The position numbers and the translations under genes were made by a program. A stretch of 64,000 nucleotides of DNA from Antedon mediterranea (taxonomy: Eukaryota; Animalia; Echinodermata), in assembly GCF_964355755.1 (NCBI RefSeq), contig NC_092672.1:26852437-26916436 (forward strand), given 5' to 3'. Below, piece after piece: positions 14,001 to 26,361 of this stretch. The stretch's first letter is position 1, and every line of letters begins with the position of its first letter. The notes under the pieces were generated by a model. The model was not told the origin of the DNA and did no database searches. It saw only the letters and a program-made list of their open reading frames with translations.

Positions 14001-17000
14001 TATATAAAACATTAAGAATTTTTTTGACCAATGAGTTTCAAATCAAATAATCAAAGAAAATAAAATGTTTTTACTAATATACCATGTTTTTTTTTTCTAA
14101 AAAGTCCTATGTTTCTCGCAACACTGCTTGTAGATTTTAAAATTACCCCAGTATTTTATTTTAGAAATCAATTATTAAACATTAGAACTACCTATTTGTA
14201 ATAAATCAGCTAAAAAAATACACCACTTTGGGCGTTATGGTGAAGTAAAGTTTAGTTGCATTGAACAATTTAAAAAAAGTGAAAACACCCCTTTTTAAAT
14301 AAATGGTATCTCCCAAAGTATGAAATAAAAAAAAAATAAAAAAATATGAAACAGGTACACAATGCATTGTTATTATGCATACACTAATTATTTTTTATAA
14401 TTAAATGAACAAAACAAAAATATCGTTAATCAAAGTAGTACCAATATCCATTTTAAAAAACCTTAAAAAAGGACAAAATTTGTCAAAAACACAAATTTGG
14501 CCATTGCCATGGAAATATACGTGTGAAATAAAAAATACTTCATATTTGATTTCTCTCAACACATATATAGCCATGTGCAAAATTTGAAAGAAATCCATTT
14601 TTTTTAGTCTGCCACTCTTTTTGATTATTCTTTGATTCTTACAGACAATGGCTCTTAAGTGTTAAAGGGGGGTTCCGGGTTTAAAATGAATAGTAAAAAA
14701 TGTAAAATATATTTGTTTGTCTCTTGAACGGTAACATTTTCAATTTATATAAGCGCCCAGTGAAGCAGAACGAAGGCTGTGAAATGAGGCCAGATTACAA
14801 GTGCAGCTACGGCGATATGACACTGTGTTACAGAATAGGAAATTCGTGAAATGGTCAATCTTCCGACGACTCGTTATCATTAACCATATTAATTACTTTT
14901 GTGAAATTATACTTATCTAATGTAATTTTAGTCGGTCTTCCCATTTATAAAGTCAATTTTCTATGAAAATTCATCAAAACAGTGAAAAATTAGATATGTT
15001 TGCACTTTACGTTTGCCGATTTTCGCACTGACTTAGGAAAAGCCCTCAAAATCAATGAAGCGTAACGTATGCATTCCTGCTGAGCGAGGAGAGCGAGACG
15101 ACGATACACGTGCTCTACCTGCCCATGCCTGGCATGTCACGTGATAAGCAGATACAGTATACAATACCAAACTGGTCGGGTCGAGTATACCCCGTCTATA
15201 ATCACAACATGAACGATGTACAGTATTTGGTTGAAGGTCGACTCGACCTACCGGAATGGTATAGATAATATAGCTCGAATGAGAGAGTTGGAATATTTGT
15301 AAACATAAGTATATTGCTAATTTTAACAAGTGTAGCCTATAGTAAAAGGCCTGGTAGTATCAATTTGCATATAGGGTCTACTACACTAGCTAGCTCAATT
15401 TTTAACTGGGCCGAATCGGCTAGGTCTCCTTCTTACTACCTGGTCTACTTGCTTGATGCAGTATCTGCTTTTTTGGAGAGTAAACTAGGCCTATTTTAGG
15501 CCTACTTAGACGATCGGGACACCATACGTGCGGACGGCGATCGGACCTTGTTTTGCCTCAATATTTACAGCCGATTTTGTAGAATGTTTTAGGTTTAGAT
15601 TGTTTAGGAGTTTGGTTGATAGGATAGGTTTGGAATCCGAGTTTTATTATTTATGGGCCAATCGTTTAGTAGGCTAGCTAGGCCCATGATGGGCCCCAAT
15701 GTTTTAACGTAGCCATCGTGGCATGGAATCCATAGTCAGAATGGCTCTCACCCATGAAAACAAATGATTTAGGCTAGGCCTAGCCTAGTACGTGAAGCCA
15801 ATAATACGATCTGTACTATTCGAGGTATAAAAATAGTATATAATTTAAGACTCCGTAATCTTTACTAAATGTTGTATTTCATTAAATGTCAAATAAATAT
15901 ATGCTACTACTGTTATTATTACACTTTAGGCCTAGCTTAGAAAATCTACAAAAAATGTATTTCACAATGATCGGGTGGTTGTCGTTTGACAGGGGAGAGA
16001 GATGAAGTTAACAAACACAACGTACATGACGTCGCGAGTTTGGAATCCACTGATGACGTGATTTTGTGAATATCTCATGAATATTAATGAGCTTCCCTAA
16101 GCTGCTGAAAAACAGACTTTCCATGAATTTACCCTAAAATGTATATGAAATTAATTTTTTTTAATTTCTCGTTATTACTTCTTCATTCTGACATGTCTAT
16201 ATTGTTATGATATTTTTTATTTAATAAATAAACGATATTTAAAAGCAATTTTAAACCCAGAATCCCCCTTTAAATCAAATAGTAACAGTGATTTTACTCT
16301 TATATAAGCCTTGAATAGATTTTGTCGCGTATAAATGTACGTACTGTTACGATTGTGAATTGAACAAGCATGACTAACATACCTTATTTGGTATTCTATG
16401 CATAAAGTATGCCCTTAATTTGTTACTGTACGCAGTCTTAGTTAAGACTGTTTTATAGCAATGGTCTAAAAGGGGGTGGCTTTAATAAGACCATCTATCT
16501 GATAAAGCCGACTTTAATCGGGGAGTTAAGACCATCAATTAAGACTGTTTTATAGCAATCTGCCCCAGATCATCATATTGCCACTATGGTTATGCCTTTT
16601 GTCTTACAACTTGATTACTTATTAAGGAAAAATTTAATTCCAATAATATAAGATATAATATGCTATTGATGACTTTTATTATAAAAAAAAAATTTTTGAC
16701 TAGGAGTCTAAAATAAATAACAAGAAATTGTTTTACTTTGATTTACAAATCAACTATAAGTTTTACATTATTACATTGTTGTGATGTTTCCATGATGGAT
16801 TCAAAACATAAACATTTTTTTTTAAATAATTTTTTAAAAATAAATAAAATGAACAAACCGGTTCTAGCCTTGGATAGATTCTCATTCAGGTCGTTGATAA
16901 GTAGGTTGACCGGGTCTTGTAATTGTTGCCCATCTCGCATGATGTAGACAAAGGCTTGATTGGCAGGTATGGTAAAAAGGCAATGAGATCTGACAATAAT

Positions 17001-20000
17001 ATAAATGATTATTAAAAGTTTGTTGGATTGGGTTACTAAATATGTAGTGTCAACTGATTTTCAATAGAGCCAACTCCATTCTATTGTTTTAAAGATATAT
17101 TGTTATTATTTTTTTTTTCCATTTTAACTTTACACATAGTTATTAAATTTGACCACAAATTTATTGCTGATAAAACTGTAATTTAAAGGCAAAAAATAAT
17201 CAAATTGTCTGTCAGACAAGATTTAAAATTACCTGTTTATTTTGTTTTTTTTGCTTATTTTTTTGTTTCTAATTAAAACTGCAAATTGGCCTGTCTGATT
17301 TCAATAATGTTAATTTGTTTCATGTTTTGGGATGACAAATATATTGTTAAAGAGGTGTACTAGGTTGCAGAATGCTGTGATAGACTAAGTGATAATGGGT
17401 ATTGATGATTACTGTATTCCTTCCTTAGAAATATTACATTTGTAATAATAATATTTCATTCTTATATAGTGCTTTATGTACAAAGCCACTAAGTACTTCA
17501 CATTATTACCCCGGTCATTTTTGGATCAATCACGTTGAAAACACACTCCCATAATGGTACCCATTGGCACACCAGAGTATCTATCAATGGTTGGATAAAA
17601 GAGGCTAAAATGTATATGTGAATCTTTTGAGAAATACTCTTAAATTAATAATTAAAATGCATAAACTAAACAATGAGTTCAAAGTTCAGCTAGGGAAACG
17701 TTTTTATCATCTTACAGTTAGAATTCACTATCATTTCTTTTTATATATGAATTTCTTTTATGTAGATTCACACGACACTCTATAATACTCACATATTGTT
17801 TGTCAAAACACGGCTTTTTCTTAGAATCTTGAAAATTTGGTCCTCGACGGAATGCTCAAGTTTTTGAATTGGAGATTTTCTCTAAAATAAAAAATAAATG
17901 TCCAATTACTGGCACACAATTTATAGCTATAAACAAGATAAAATGTTGAAAAACATTAAAAATAAAAATAGTACTGTAGTGTACGAATAAACAATAAAAA
18001 ATAATATAAATTAGTGTAAAAATAAATAATTCTATAAATAGTAGTTCAGAAATAAAAACATATATAGTAGTGTAGAAATAAATAATTATATTTATAAATA
18101 GTAGTGTACAAATATAGTCTTATACAAATAACAAAAATATAATTAGTAGTTTACAAATAAACAAATAATTATATATATTAGTGTACAAATTATATTTATA
18201 TTTAACACACCTTCTGTCTAGTCTTCCCAAACTGCTTTGATTCAGCCAAATCATTTCCTTCTTCATTCGATAAACCACTCTAATGTAAATAACAAGTTGG
18301 ATAGTTTAGAGAATAAGCTTGCATTTATATGCTCAACATGCTGCAAAGGAGACGTAAAGGCCAATTTACACAGACGAGCGGTACTGGTAAGCGGAAAACC
18401 GAGTAGCGACTGTAATTGTTCCACATAGAATTTGTATTTACCACTTGTCTGTGAGCAGCTTTAAACTGGCGTGTGTCTGATAGGCAGATATGATTTTGTT
18501 GTCTCGCTAGTTGAATAATACCTCTATGTTTGGCCCAAACTTCTAAAAGAAGGTTTATTTTACGGTTTACAACACGTACCTGGCTGCAAATACTTACAGG
18601 CACAATGCAACATAATTCATTAATTTCTAAATACAATAAATCTTTTCTTCACCTTCTGACAAATAAACAGCAACCTAGGGGTGCACATTCTGCCAGTGTT
18701 CTGCCAATCACGTGCAACGCCTTCATCCTTGAGAACAGTGCTTAGGTGTGATACCAACTTGGCTCTAAAGTAATGAGAATCAAATGGAACAAATTTGAAC
18801 CTCATCTTACTTACATATGGCAACCTTGATTAAATCTACTTTAAGATGAAATTTACACATTATTTAGATAGGGTTATGGGAATATAAAAGAAGGGGATGT
18901 GGAAGTTTTCATTATCCTGGCAAACAAACTGGTAAAATGACTAGATCAGATTTTACTATGCAAAATGAGCTTTAAGTAAAATTGTCTTTCTTTCAAAATT
19001 GTCTTGCTCAAAAAGCAGGTATTTTGTGACTTATCTGCCTGACCTACCTGGTGGCCTCTACCTGCCTAAATGTCTGGACATAGGATATATCAAAACTACT
19101 TGTCGGATGAACTACCTGAAAAAACATACAAATAATATTTTAAACTTTTTTTGTATTAGAACAGTTTATTATATCCATTCAGAATTTGGTGTTTCACTTC
19201 TTATTATATTGTCTAGAATTGGTTCCTAAATTGGGAAAACATATAGAACTAACGAAGCTGAAACCGATAAGCTCAACACAACTGTCTTGAAAGTAAGTTT
19301 ATAATACAATAAACTTGACTTAAAGTTAACAAATAATACAACAAATTCATGGTGGAGATTATTGAAGAAGTGTTGCACCATCTTTACTAGACAAATGGAC
19401 CAACACAACAACAGGGACGAAGAAGTATGTGTCATCTATGTGTTTATTTTGAATTTATCTGAGGATTTATTTCAGTTGTGCTATAGTAGGAATCAGCAAT
19501 GTTTCACAACCTATCCAACTTTTAATTCACATATCAACAATATTCCTTAATGTTTTACTAACAGTTCCTTGACCCCGTCACAGGTCACTGACCACACACC
19601 ACAATTTTATCATTTGGCCTAATGATATGTAAGCGTCGCTGTTTACTAAACAAGTTCAGTGGATTATATTGATATCTTTCTAAAACTATAGTAGGAATCG
19701 TCTTAACAATGAAATAAACCATGCCTTTGAATAATTGCCATATCTTGCTATTTATATACAGTATGAACTTACAACAACCAGATGGCATGTAATAAACAAG
19801 AAGACCAATGCTCTAGCAAAGTATGCTTCATTTTCTTTCAAGAATTGATGCCATTCCTGAAATAACACAAAGAAATAAAAAAGATAATGAATGAAGATAT
19901 GATAAAAATATAAAAGATTTAATGATCGAGAATATACAAATATTGACTGCTTAGAGGTGAATTATAACTGTATAAATGTTTCCCAATGGACTATATTTTT

Positions 20001-23000
20001 CCAAAGCAAAGCTGAATATTTACTTAGGCCAAGTTCAAAAACCATCCGTCAATAATTCTACAGTCAATGAAATTAGTTTTGACAGGCGCAAGTTGCTACA
20101 CGAAAATTACTTTTTATAACCAAGGCAATCTAACAAGAGGATGCTGAGCTCTGAAGATCAAAAGGTTTATATGTAGACACGATACGATCAGTTCCACGCC
20201 CTTTAAAAAACACCACTCGCTGCACTCTGATTATGAAATGTTTGGTCTTACAAAATACAATACAATACAAAATACTACACTACAGTTCAAATAAAAAAGA
20301 AGACCTTCAGCTCATTCTTACATTACTTGATAGTTGATTCTGAATATTAGTTGCTAGGTGATGAAGATGATGCACATCAAATACTGATACAAGATGTAGA
20401 TATACTATTTTTTCCTTGTCGTCATAGTAATATTCAATATGACAGCTTTTATCTGCCGATTCCTCAGAAAATCCGAAGTTCTACAAAAATTAAATAATAA
20501 TATTATAAATTGCAGTTACCAATCAACTTGATAATATAGACTGTTTCACAATTTTAATGATTTATAATGGAGAAAATTGTGCCACAGTCCTAAGTGATTG
20601 GTATTAAAAGTTAAACGAAAAGGGTAATTTGCATAGAACTATACAGGTGTATTACCGTATACAAGATTTGCAGAGGAATGTATTAAGTACACCTCAAATT
20701 AACCTTATAGAGAAGGGAGGTGTCACACCTCAGCAATAATACAGATTGACCGTTGTAAGTAAGATACTCATTTATTGTAATACCATATACTTGTAATAAC
20801 GATAATGTATAGGCTACAATTTATTTCTGTGCTAACGTAGATAACTGTGTAATAATTAAACGTTAACGTTTGTTTGTAGTTCTGCCCGTTGGGCTGAAAT
20901 TGGTACCAATACGTAACTGTCTGACCACCATTTGTAGTAAACCAAGGCGAGTATACACATGAATGTTTATGTATGATTGGATTGTAATTGGTAGTGACCA
21001 AGTCACGAAGAAGTGAACGTTGGTATAGCGAACAAAGAAATAAAGCCATTTAGTTGCTAATATTATACATCTGTATACTGTACTTTTAATTGCGTTCTTC
21101 TGTAGCCATATATTTACGTTCAATCTAGGCGTGACAAATTGTGAGAAGTTTCTTATGTTTAAATACAGAATTTAGCAAATTTAAGAATGTATACTAAAAT
21201 TGATTGTGATATCTTAAGAACCAAAAGAAAGATCATTCTTAATTAATACAAGAGAGCTGTTATAAGCTGAAGGCTAGAGGATGTACTCCAGACTGAAAAT
21301 CTGAATATTGTTAATCGCAATGGAATGAATAATTTCTTGGTAATCTAGCATTTTTTGTATTCGAGGATCATATAGAGTGCGTTCGTGATTAAGCTTAACA
21401 GGATGCCTATAGTACTGTAGATAGATTGTTATTTTACAGGTTTTAGTTTTAGTATATAATGTAGTTTATTATGGTAAACAAATACATTCCTAATTTAATT
21501 TTCATCTATGTTAGGTTCTGTCCCTGATTTACCACCATTTAAAACGTTAGGTCTTAGAAAATATATTTATAAAAAATAGAATTGGACTTTAAATAATGTA
21601 TAGGCCTACTACTCACTTAGATGAATGTTGTTTGTTTAGTTGAAATTGCATGCATGGGTAGTTTTTCTTTTTTGAAACTTTTTTTTTAGATTTTGGCGCA
21701 ATTATAGTTTTTTTAACCAATAAATTCATGTTTACATCATTAACACAAAATCGTCTAAAATTCTAAAAACAATATAAGACACATTTTTGTAAAGCCTAAA
21801 GTGAATCACCTTAAATACTGGTTGTGGTAACAAGGTATTGATAACAAGAGACTTGGATCTTGAGCCGTGACTTCCTTTGCCAACAACACCAATCACACAA
21901 ATATTATCATCACTCCCAACCAGTTTCCTAAAAAAACACCAATAATTGTCATTAACTCAAAATCCATTCATGTTCATTACGCAGAGCATATGCAAGGCAA
22001 TGTATGCTGAGCTCTGGAGATCAAAGGGTTAGTCTGTGGCTGCGACACGATTAGTTTCATGCCACGTGCAGAAGAGAATACAACATCGATTAAAACATCA
22101 TCATCTTGATACTTCACCGTTTGTTGAAAGCTTCATCTTGCTTAAAAATAAAGGAGCTTAGAATTTTTTTCTCAATTTCTCAAGTAAGTCATTCAATGGA
22201 CCTTCATAAATATTTCCATGAAGCAGCCAAACAGCGCTCTAATACACTTGCCAATGGTATGTCCCACTATACGACCCCCGGGAGAGGTCATCATTTCACC
22301 ACAGCTTTGTTAGGCCTAGCAACACACAGGGTGGCTAGGCTAGCTACTCTTTTCGATTGACAGATGATCAGGGCCAAGGACGATCAGGGTCAGATGATGG
22401 GATTTTTTTTAAACGATCGGGTACCAATGCGTGTGGACGTTCGGGCTCACCTGTGTGGACATTTGGGCCAATATAATTAGATGATCAAGTCCAAGAAAAC
22501 GATTTGGATTTCATTTATGTTCACCATAAAATAATTTCAATGTGTTCTTTCCACGAGTTTGTGATACAAAATATTGTAATAAACTATGTACGTAAAGATT
22601 ATCCTGGTGACTGACAGTAGAATCTCTTTTTTGGGACACCTTTTATAATATATTCAGGGGACGCTTTCCCACGAAACAAGTGAGGGGACGGGAACACATG
22701 CAATATAATTTAAACATTTAATTACAACGACAACACTGACTTCTTTAGTGTTTTACGTTTTCATTTTAATTATAATATTATTAATGTATTAACTTGGTTG
22801 TGACTAAAATCGAAATAAATAATTCTAAAAACCATCTTTCTCTCCGACAATATGTAGCTCAAACAAGTGCAGCCTTTCAGTTTATATTATTTTAGTAAAT
22901 TATAAGACAACGTCCGTTTTGAAAAAACGATTGTACGCCATTCATTTGACAGATGACACGCTATAGTATAATTAATGCATATTTTATTTGAATGGAATCC

Positions 23001-23505
23001 CCGGTCAGCAAAAACATGTACCGGTAGCTGTTAATGTAGAGGAAACATCCGGCAAAAATGTTTAATCGGCTTTAACAAAACTGTATATGATCATTTCACT
23101 GAAAAAATTATGGAAAAATCATATAGGCCTAGGCCTAGTAGGCCTAGGTCTATAGGCCTGGCCCTAGCCTCCAGGCTAGGCTAGGCCTATGTCGAATATA
23201 TGTATTCCGGGAAGATAACAACAAGTTATAAGGACAAAAAAAGTATAAAAATGTAGAAAACGGTAACAACGCTTTTTCGTTAAGAACAATATAGGCCACG
23301 GCATATAAAAAAATGGGATCGATCGTCTCTAACTCTATGATGGCCGGCCCCGATCGTCCTTGGCACTTGCCAACTTGCTCGGTTGGCCTGATCATCCTCT
23401 CTTGATTTTTCATTTTTGCCTGGCCTAAGTTCATTGACCGTACTACTAATGGTACAAAACATACTTTACGTCAAACTGCGTAGGAAATTGTGATGGTTCT
23501 AACAT
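2087..23505 (-). CDS. SMG8: Nonsense-mediated mRNA decay factor SMG8, 21 coding exons, about 892 aa
   Basis: Exons in transcript order (minus strand): 23465-23505, 21810-21927, 20322-20480, 19773-19856, 19048-19115, 18653-18764, 18211-18279, 17793-17881, 16859-16989, 11355-11557, 10506-10645, 10090-10177, 9545-9700, 9105-9248, 6615-6792, 6187-6309, 5512-5652, 4927-5082, 3864-4044, 3240-3422, 2087-2201. All introns are GT-AG with matching phases (2679 nt total). The translation has SMG8 motifs in order: ICVIGVVGK, VHPTSSFDISY, CTPRLLF, EDQIFKILRKSRVLTN, CLFTIPANQAFVYI, QHVNLVLQKKGFDD, ARGPA, CACNCGR..REDPF, ALSLGQS, LLPRYSSWSLVCLG, NYLLPWD, EFECPRGHRFICSSPDK, WVLRYPYVY. Exon 1 is the least certain; an in-frame ATG at 23518-23520 is an alternative start. 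Confidence 0.95.
2202..3239 (-). other. Putative U12-type (minor spliceosome) GT-AG intron, last intron of SMG8
   Basis: Donor reads GTATCCTTTG (3239..3230), matching the U12 consensus RTATCCTTT. Branch-like TTCCTAAAC (2222..2214) lies 10 nt before the AG (2203-2202). Splicing here restores the conserved WVLRYP|YVYV. Confidence 0.85.
2421..3020 (-). mobile_element. 5'-truncated LINE (RT C-terminal fragment) with (AAAT)n tail
   Basis: ORF 2635-2991 reads LMWRNCKHFDRQTKIHLYYSIVHPILNFSSVIF...IQRLHNRFLRYI, the post-RT region of CR1/Jockey-like LINEs; (ATTT)n at 2421-2445. Confidence 0.8.
3568..3662. repeat. Short hairpin/MITE remnant
   Basis: ACATAAGCGCAACGCAAGT...TTGACCAATC is mirrored by GATTGGTCAA...ACTTACATTGTGCTTATGT. 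Confidence 0.55.
4210..4742. repeat. About 42-bp tandem repeat interrupted by a degenerate copy (4300-4636) of the MULE-like MITE at 24476
   Basis: Units like CCCTGGACRGSTTGTTTGCAAGCATGTTTATGTCTGGGTGACT. The insert has GCGAT...ATCGC ends and CATGAAACGTCACAAAATAAACAT. Confidence 0.7.
7132..9052. mobile_element. Non-autonomous hAT-like DNA transposon
   Basis: TIR CAGGGCTCGATTTA / TAAATCGAGCCCTG, subterminal GGGCTAG/CTAGCCC repeats, flanking direct repeat CTATGA (7126-7131, 9053-9058). Confidence 0.8.
8005..8764. mobile_element. Merlin-like MITE nested in the hAT-like element
   Basis: TIR GGCGCTACTGCAGTTTCGCACCACAC and its reverse complement; perfect 8-bp TSD AGTTAATT (7997-8004, 8765-8772). 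Confidence 0.85.
10944..11231. mobile_element. Partial copy of the Kolobok-like MITE at 53806
   Basis: Aligns with 53815-54150 (CCCCAA.AACATGAAAAATGA...GGGGACAATA.ATCT). Confidence 0.65.
11884..14654. mobile_element. Kolobok-like non-autonomous element (TTAA TSD)
   Basis: TTAA|GAGCCATTGTCTGTAA...TTACAGACAATGGCTC|TTAA with long imperfect TIRs. A further internal inverted pair spans about 12920-13110 and 14140-14320. Confidence 0.8.
14666..16269. mobile_element. Kolobok-like non-autonomous element (TTAA TSD)
   Basis: TTAA|AGGGGGGTTCCGGGTTTAAAAT...ATTTTAAACCCAGAATCCCCCT|TTAA. Confidence 0.8.
17960..18195. repeat. AT-rich degenerate minisatellite
   Basis: Repeated TAGTGTACAAATAAA-like units. 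Confidence 0.7.
22360..23405. mobile_element. Degenerate foldback element with GACGATCRGG subrepeats
   Basis: GATGATCAGG/GGACGATCAGGG/ACGATCGGG at 22360-22490 are mirrored by CCCGATCGTCC/CCTGATCATCC at 23315-23400. Boundaries approximate. Confidence 0.5.
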
Positions 23506-23815
23506 GTTGGTAACATACATCTACTTAATCTATCAAAATAGGCCTAGGCCCTAGAAAAGGACGATGCCATCGTGTGTCAGGCGAAACATGGAGAAATACT
23601 TTAGCGCGCCACCACACAACACCACCATACGTCGTATTGGTGGCAGCAAACATGTTTTTGTACCGTCGTTGTTTTCTGATCCTCTCTCATCATCCTCCAT
23701 CCAGGCCACCATGGTTGCTACCGACGCTATTCTCTACAACAGAGTGGTGGTAGTCTTGAGACTTGGAAAAACAAGACGAGCCTAGGCCTAGGCCTACTAC
23801 GGAAAAACGGTGCTG
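23506..23815. promoter_or_regulatory. Probable bidirectional promoter and non-coding first exon of the plus-strand KY-like gene
   Basis: Relatively GC/CpG-rich patch just upstream of the SMG8 start. On the plus strand it ends in a strong donor GCTG|GTAAGT (after 23815), and an acceptor TTTTGCAG (28718-28719) lies just before ATG 28732. Confidence 0.5.
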
Positions 23816-24209
23816 GTAAGTATATAGTAGGCTATTCTAAACATCAATCAATCAATTCAACATTTATTAGTTTCTATCAATGGTAAAGCAATACAATAAA
23901 AAGAGTGGTAATTTATAATGAGTCAATACAAAAATTCCATTAATAATAATTAATAGAGAGGATCTTGACCATCTTGAAGAGATTTCTTTTCAGGCAAGAC
24001 CCATATTATTATTATTAAACAAAAAGAAAAAAAAAACATTTGTATTGTTACATTGTATATAATAATATATAGGCCTAGGCCCTAGGTACATTTAATAAAT
24101 ATGATGCAATTCACTGTTTAATCATAGAGATATTAGATATCTCTATAGGCCTACAGTATGGTTAATTGGAAGTCATGAGAATCAAAGAAGTGTAACTGAA
24201 ATACTATGA

Positions 24210-26102
24210 AAATGCTACTAAATTTTTTTTATTTTGCGTATCTCCTCCAAAACCACTGAACGATACGTGCCCACATTTGGCACACTGATGTTTATTGATG
24301 GGCTGCACACGATAGGCTATGTCACGTCTTTCCTGAATTTTAAGGATAAACATTAAAAAAGGCAAAAAATAGCAGTAATTTGACGTCTCAGCGACCGTGT
24401 TACGTCACGGCATAAACTATGCAACCACCTCTTTGTGTACCGCCATGGCCGAATCTACAAATACCATGCCAGGCCGCGATTTTTTTTTTCGTACATAAGT
24501 TGGGGACCCTCTCATGAAACGTCACAAAATAAACATGAATAATTCATCAGTTAAATTTTCTTGTTCCGTGTGCACCCAAGCGTATAGCAACAAGAAGTGA
24601 TTACACAAGTTTCTAGGCCTATCTCCGCTGTTGTTGCGGCGTGCGATTTCATAGAAGAATAGCGGCGTTTTGTGTGGATTGTTGAAATAATCAGCCTTTA
24701 GTTTATGGTGTTTTTAATATAATTTTTTACTAAAGAATTACGTGTTAAAACTATAGTTTCTATTAATACTATTAGGCCTAATTATTAGTCTCTAAACCCA
24801 TGTCTATTCTAGTAGTAGCTAGCTGTGTGGGTGTGTGTGACGTGTGTGTGTTAGGTATGACCAAAGATAGTTACACTATCTTTATGACACAATCCGAGTA
24901 ATAAGTCAGCAAAATTAAACAATAAACATTACACAAAAATACATGTTTATTCTCGTGGGTCAAATCTTCCCATCTCATGTGTTCATATACGCGCATTTTT
25001 AAAGTTCCTTTGAGTACATGCATATTGATTATTGTTTGATAATAAAAATTTAAAAAATACAGTACACAAATTATACACATTCTTTATTCTTGTGGGTCTA
25101 AGCTTTCTTTGGGCTATGTCCAATGAATTACTACTTAGTTTAATGTCTTGCCGTACTTGCCTAGCTGTCGATTAGCCTCGACTCGACACATTTTGTGTGA
25201 AGAAGAGTGCGCGAAGGCAATCCCGTGAATTGACTTATAATCCTAGGCCTACTGTAGAAAGTATCGTATCGGTATCGCAGTTGTGTAATCACTTCTTGTT
25301 GCTATACGCTTGGGTGCACACGGAACAACAAATTTAACTGATGAATTATTCATGTTTATTTTGTGACGTTTCATGAAGGGGTCCCCAACTTATGTACGAA
25401 AAAAAAAATCGCTGCCAGGCCACCAAAACACCAGTCTTTAGTCAACCGTATCGAATGAGCGAGTCGTTGAAGTTAATTACACCTATTTCTTGAACAGAAT
25501 GATTTTTGTAAATCACGTCGGTATGGCTCAGTGAGTAAATCGCAGTGACCTGCATTGATATCAATTTTTAGTACATTCGAGTTTGAATTCGCGACATGCT
25601 TAAAGCTAAAAATCAAAACTAGATCTCAATCTAATTAATTTAATTACAAAACTAGCAAAAGGGATACGAAACCACACACACAAAGCAAAATATAATAAAC
25701 CATGAAATAAAAAAAATGTAAATGAACAACAAAAAAAGTAAAAAAAAAAAAACACAAAACGAATCCAAATGGATATATTAACGAAAAATTCTGACAAACA
25801 AAATATCTCAACGAATACACTTAAAATATAGTTTGGTATTTTATAGGCCTTATACTTTCGTTAGTGTCGCGCATCATCTTATTTCAACATCATGCATTTT
25901 TTTGTGTTGATTTCAAGTCCATAAGAGGCTGTGGTTATATTATGCCATCTCAATTCTATAAATTACTAATTCATATGTTATCATTGAAATGTTTTCAACT
26001 GCCAACTGATTATCAGAGTTCAACCTGCATCTACCTCTCATGTACATGCACGTTGTTACTTTCTGATGCGCACCCTAGATTAATATTCACATAGCACAAT
26101 TT
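24210..26102 (+). mobile_element. Interspersed repeat (possibly Helitron/Helentron-derived), copy 1
   Basis: Colinear with 36150-37785 over about 900 bp (TATCTCCTCC.AAACC...CACATTTGGCACACTGATG...CTAGATTAATATTCACA.AGCACAATTTT). Class assignment is tentative. Confidence 0.7.
24476..25412. mobile_element. MULE-like MITE
   Basis: About 135-bp near-perfect TIRs starting GCGATTTTTTTTTTTCGTACATAAGTTGGGGACCC; 9-bp TSD TGCCAGGCC (24467-24475, 25413-25421). Confidence 0.88.
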
Positions 26103-26361
26103 TTCTTTAGCGACTTCCATTTTCGTAGAATCCCATATCCAGTATTGCTTTCATTTTATAGCTCATAGTTACTTAATAAAAGTGAAGGAATACTTGGTGT
26201 ACTGTATAACTAAATCCATGGATTTTTATGAGGGAAGAGTGCGCTTATTATGATACTCATCCCATGCGAATTAGTATATTATAGCAGAAAAAGACAATGC
26301 GGAGCACAGGTTACTGCTAATTAACAACTCTATAGTATTTTTATTAAGTTTAAAAAGTTAA

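Larger units (their letters stand above)
11645..16565. mobile_element. PIF/Harbinger-like non-autonomous element hosting two TTAA elements
   Basis: TIR GGG(G/C)(G/A)GATTGCTATAA at both ends with similar subterminal sequence (GATGGTCTTA, AGACCATTGCTATA); 3-bp TSD CAG (11642-11644, 16566-16568). Confidence 0.7.

Noticed and set aside
18325-18636. 103-aa ORF in SMG8 intron 6
   Set aside because: No recognisable family, and the SMG8 model is complete without it.
20768-21049. ORF with CVYSPWF...TYWYQF, faintly MAM-domain-like
   Set aside because: Too short and weak, with no compatible splice partners found.
22113-22136. ATGAAGCTTTCAACAAACG as the first SMG8 coding exon
   Set aside because: It ends in phase 1, whereas exon 21927 needs phase 2; 23465-23505 fits.
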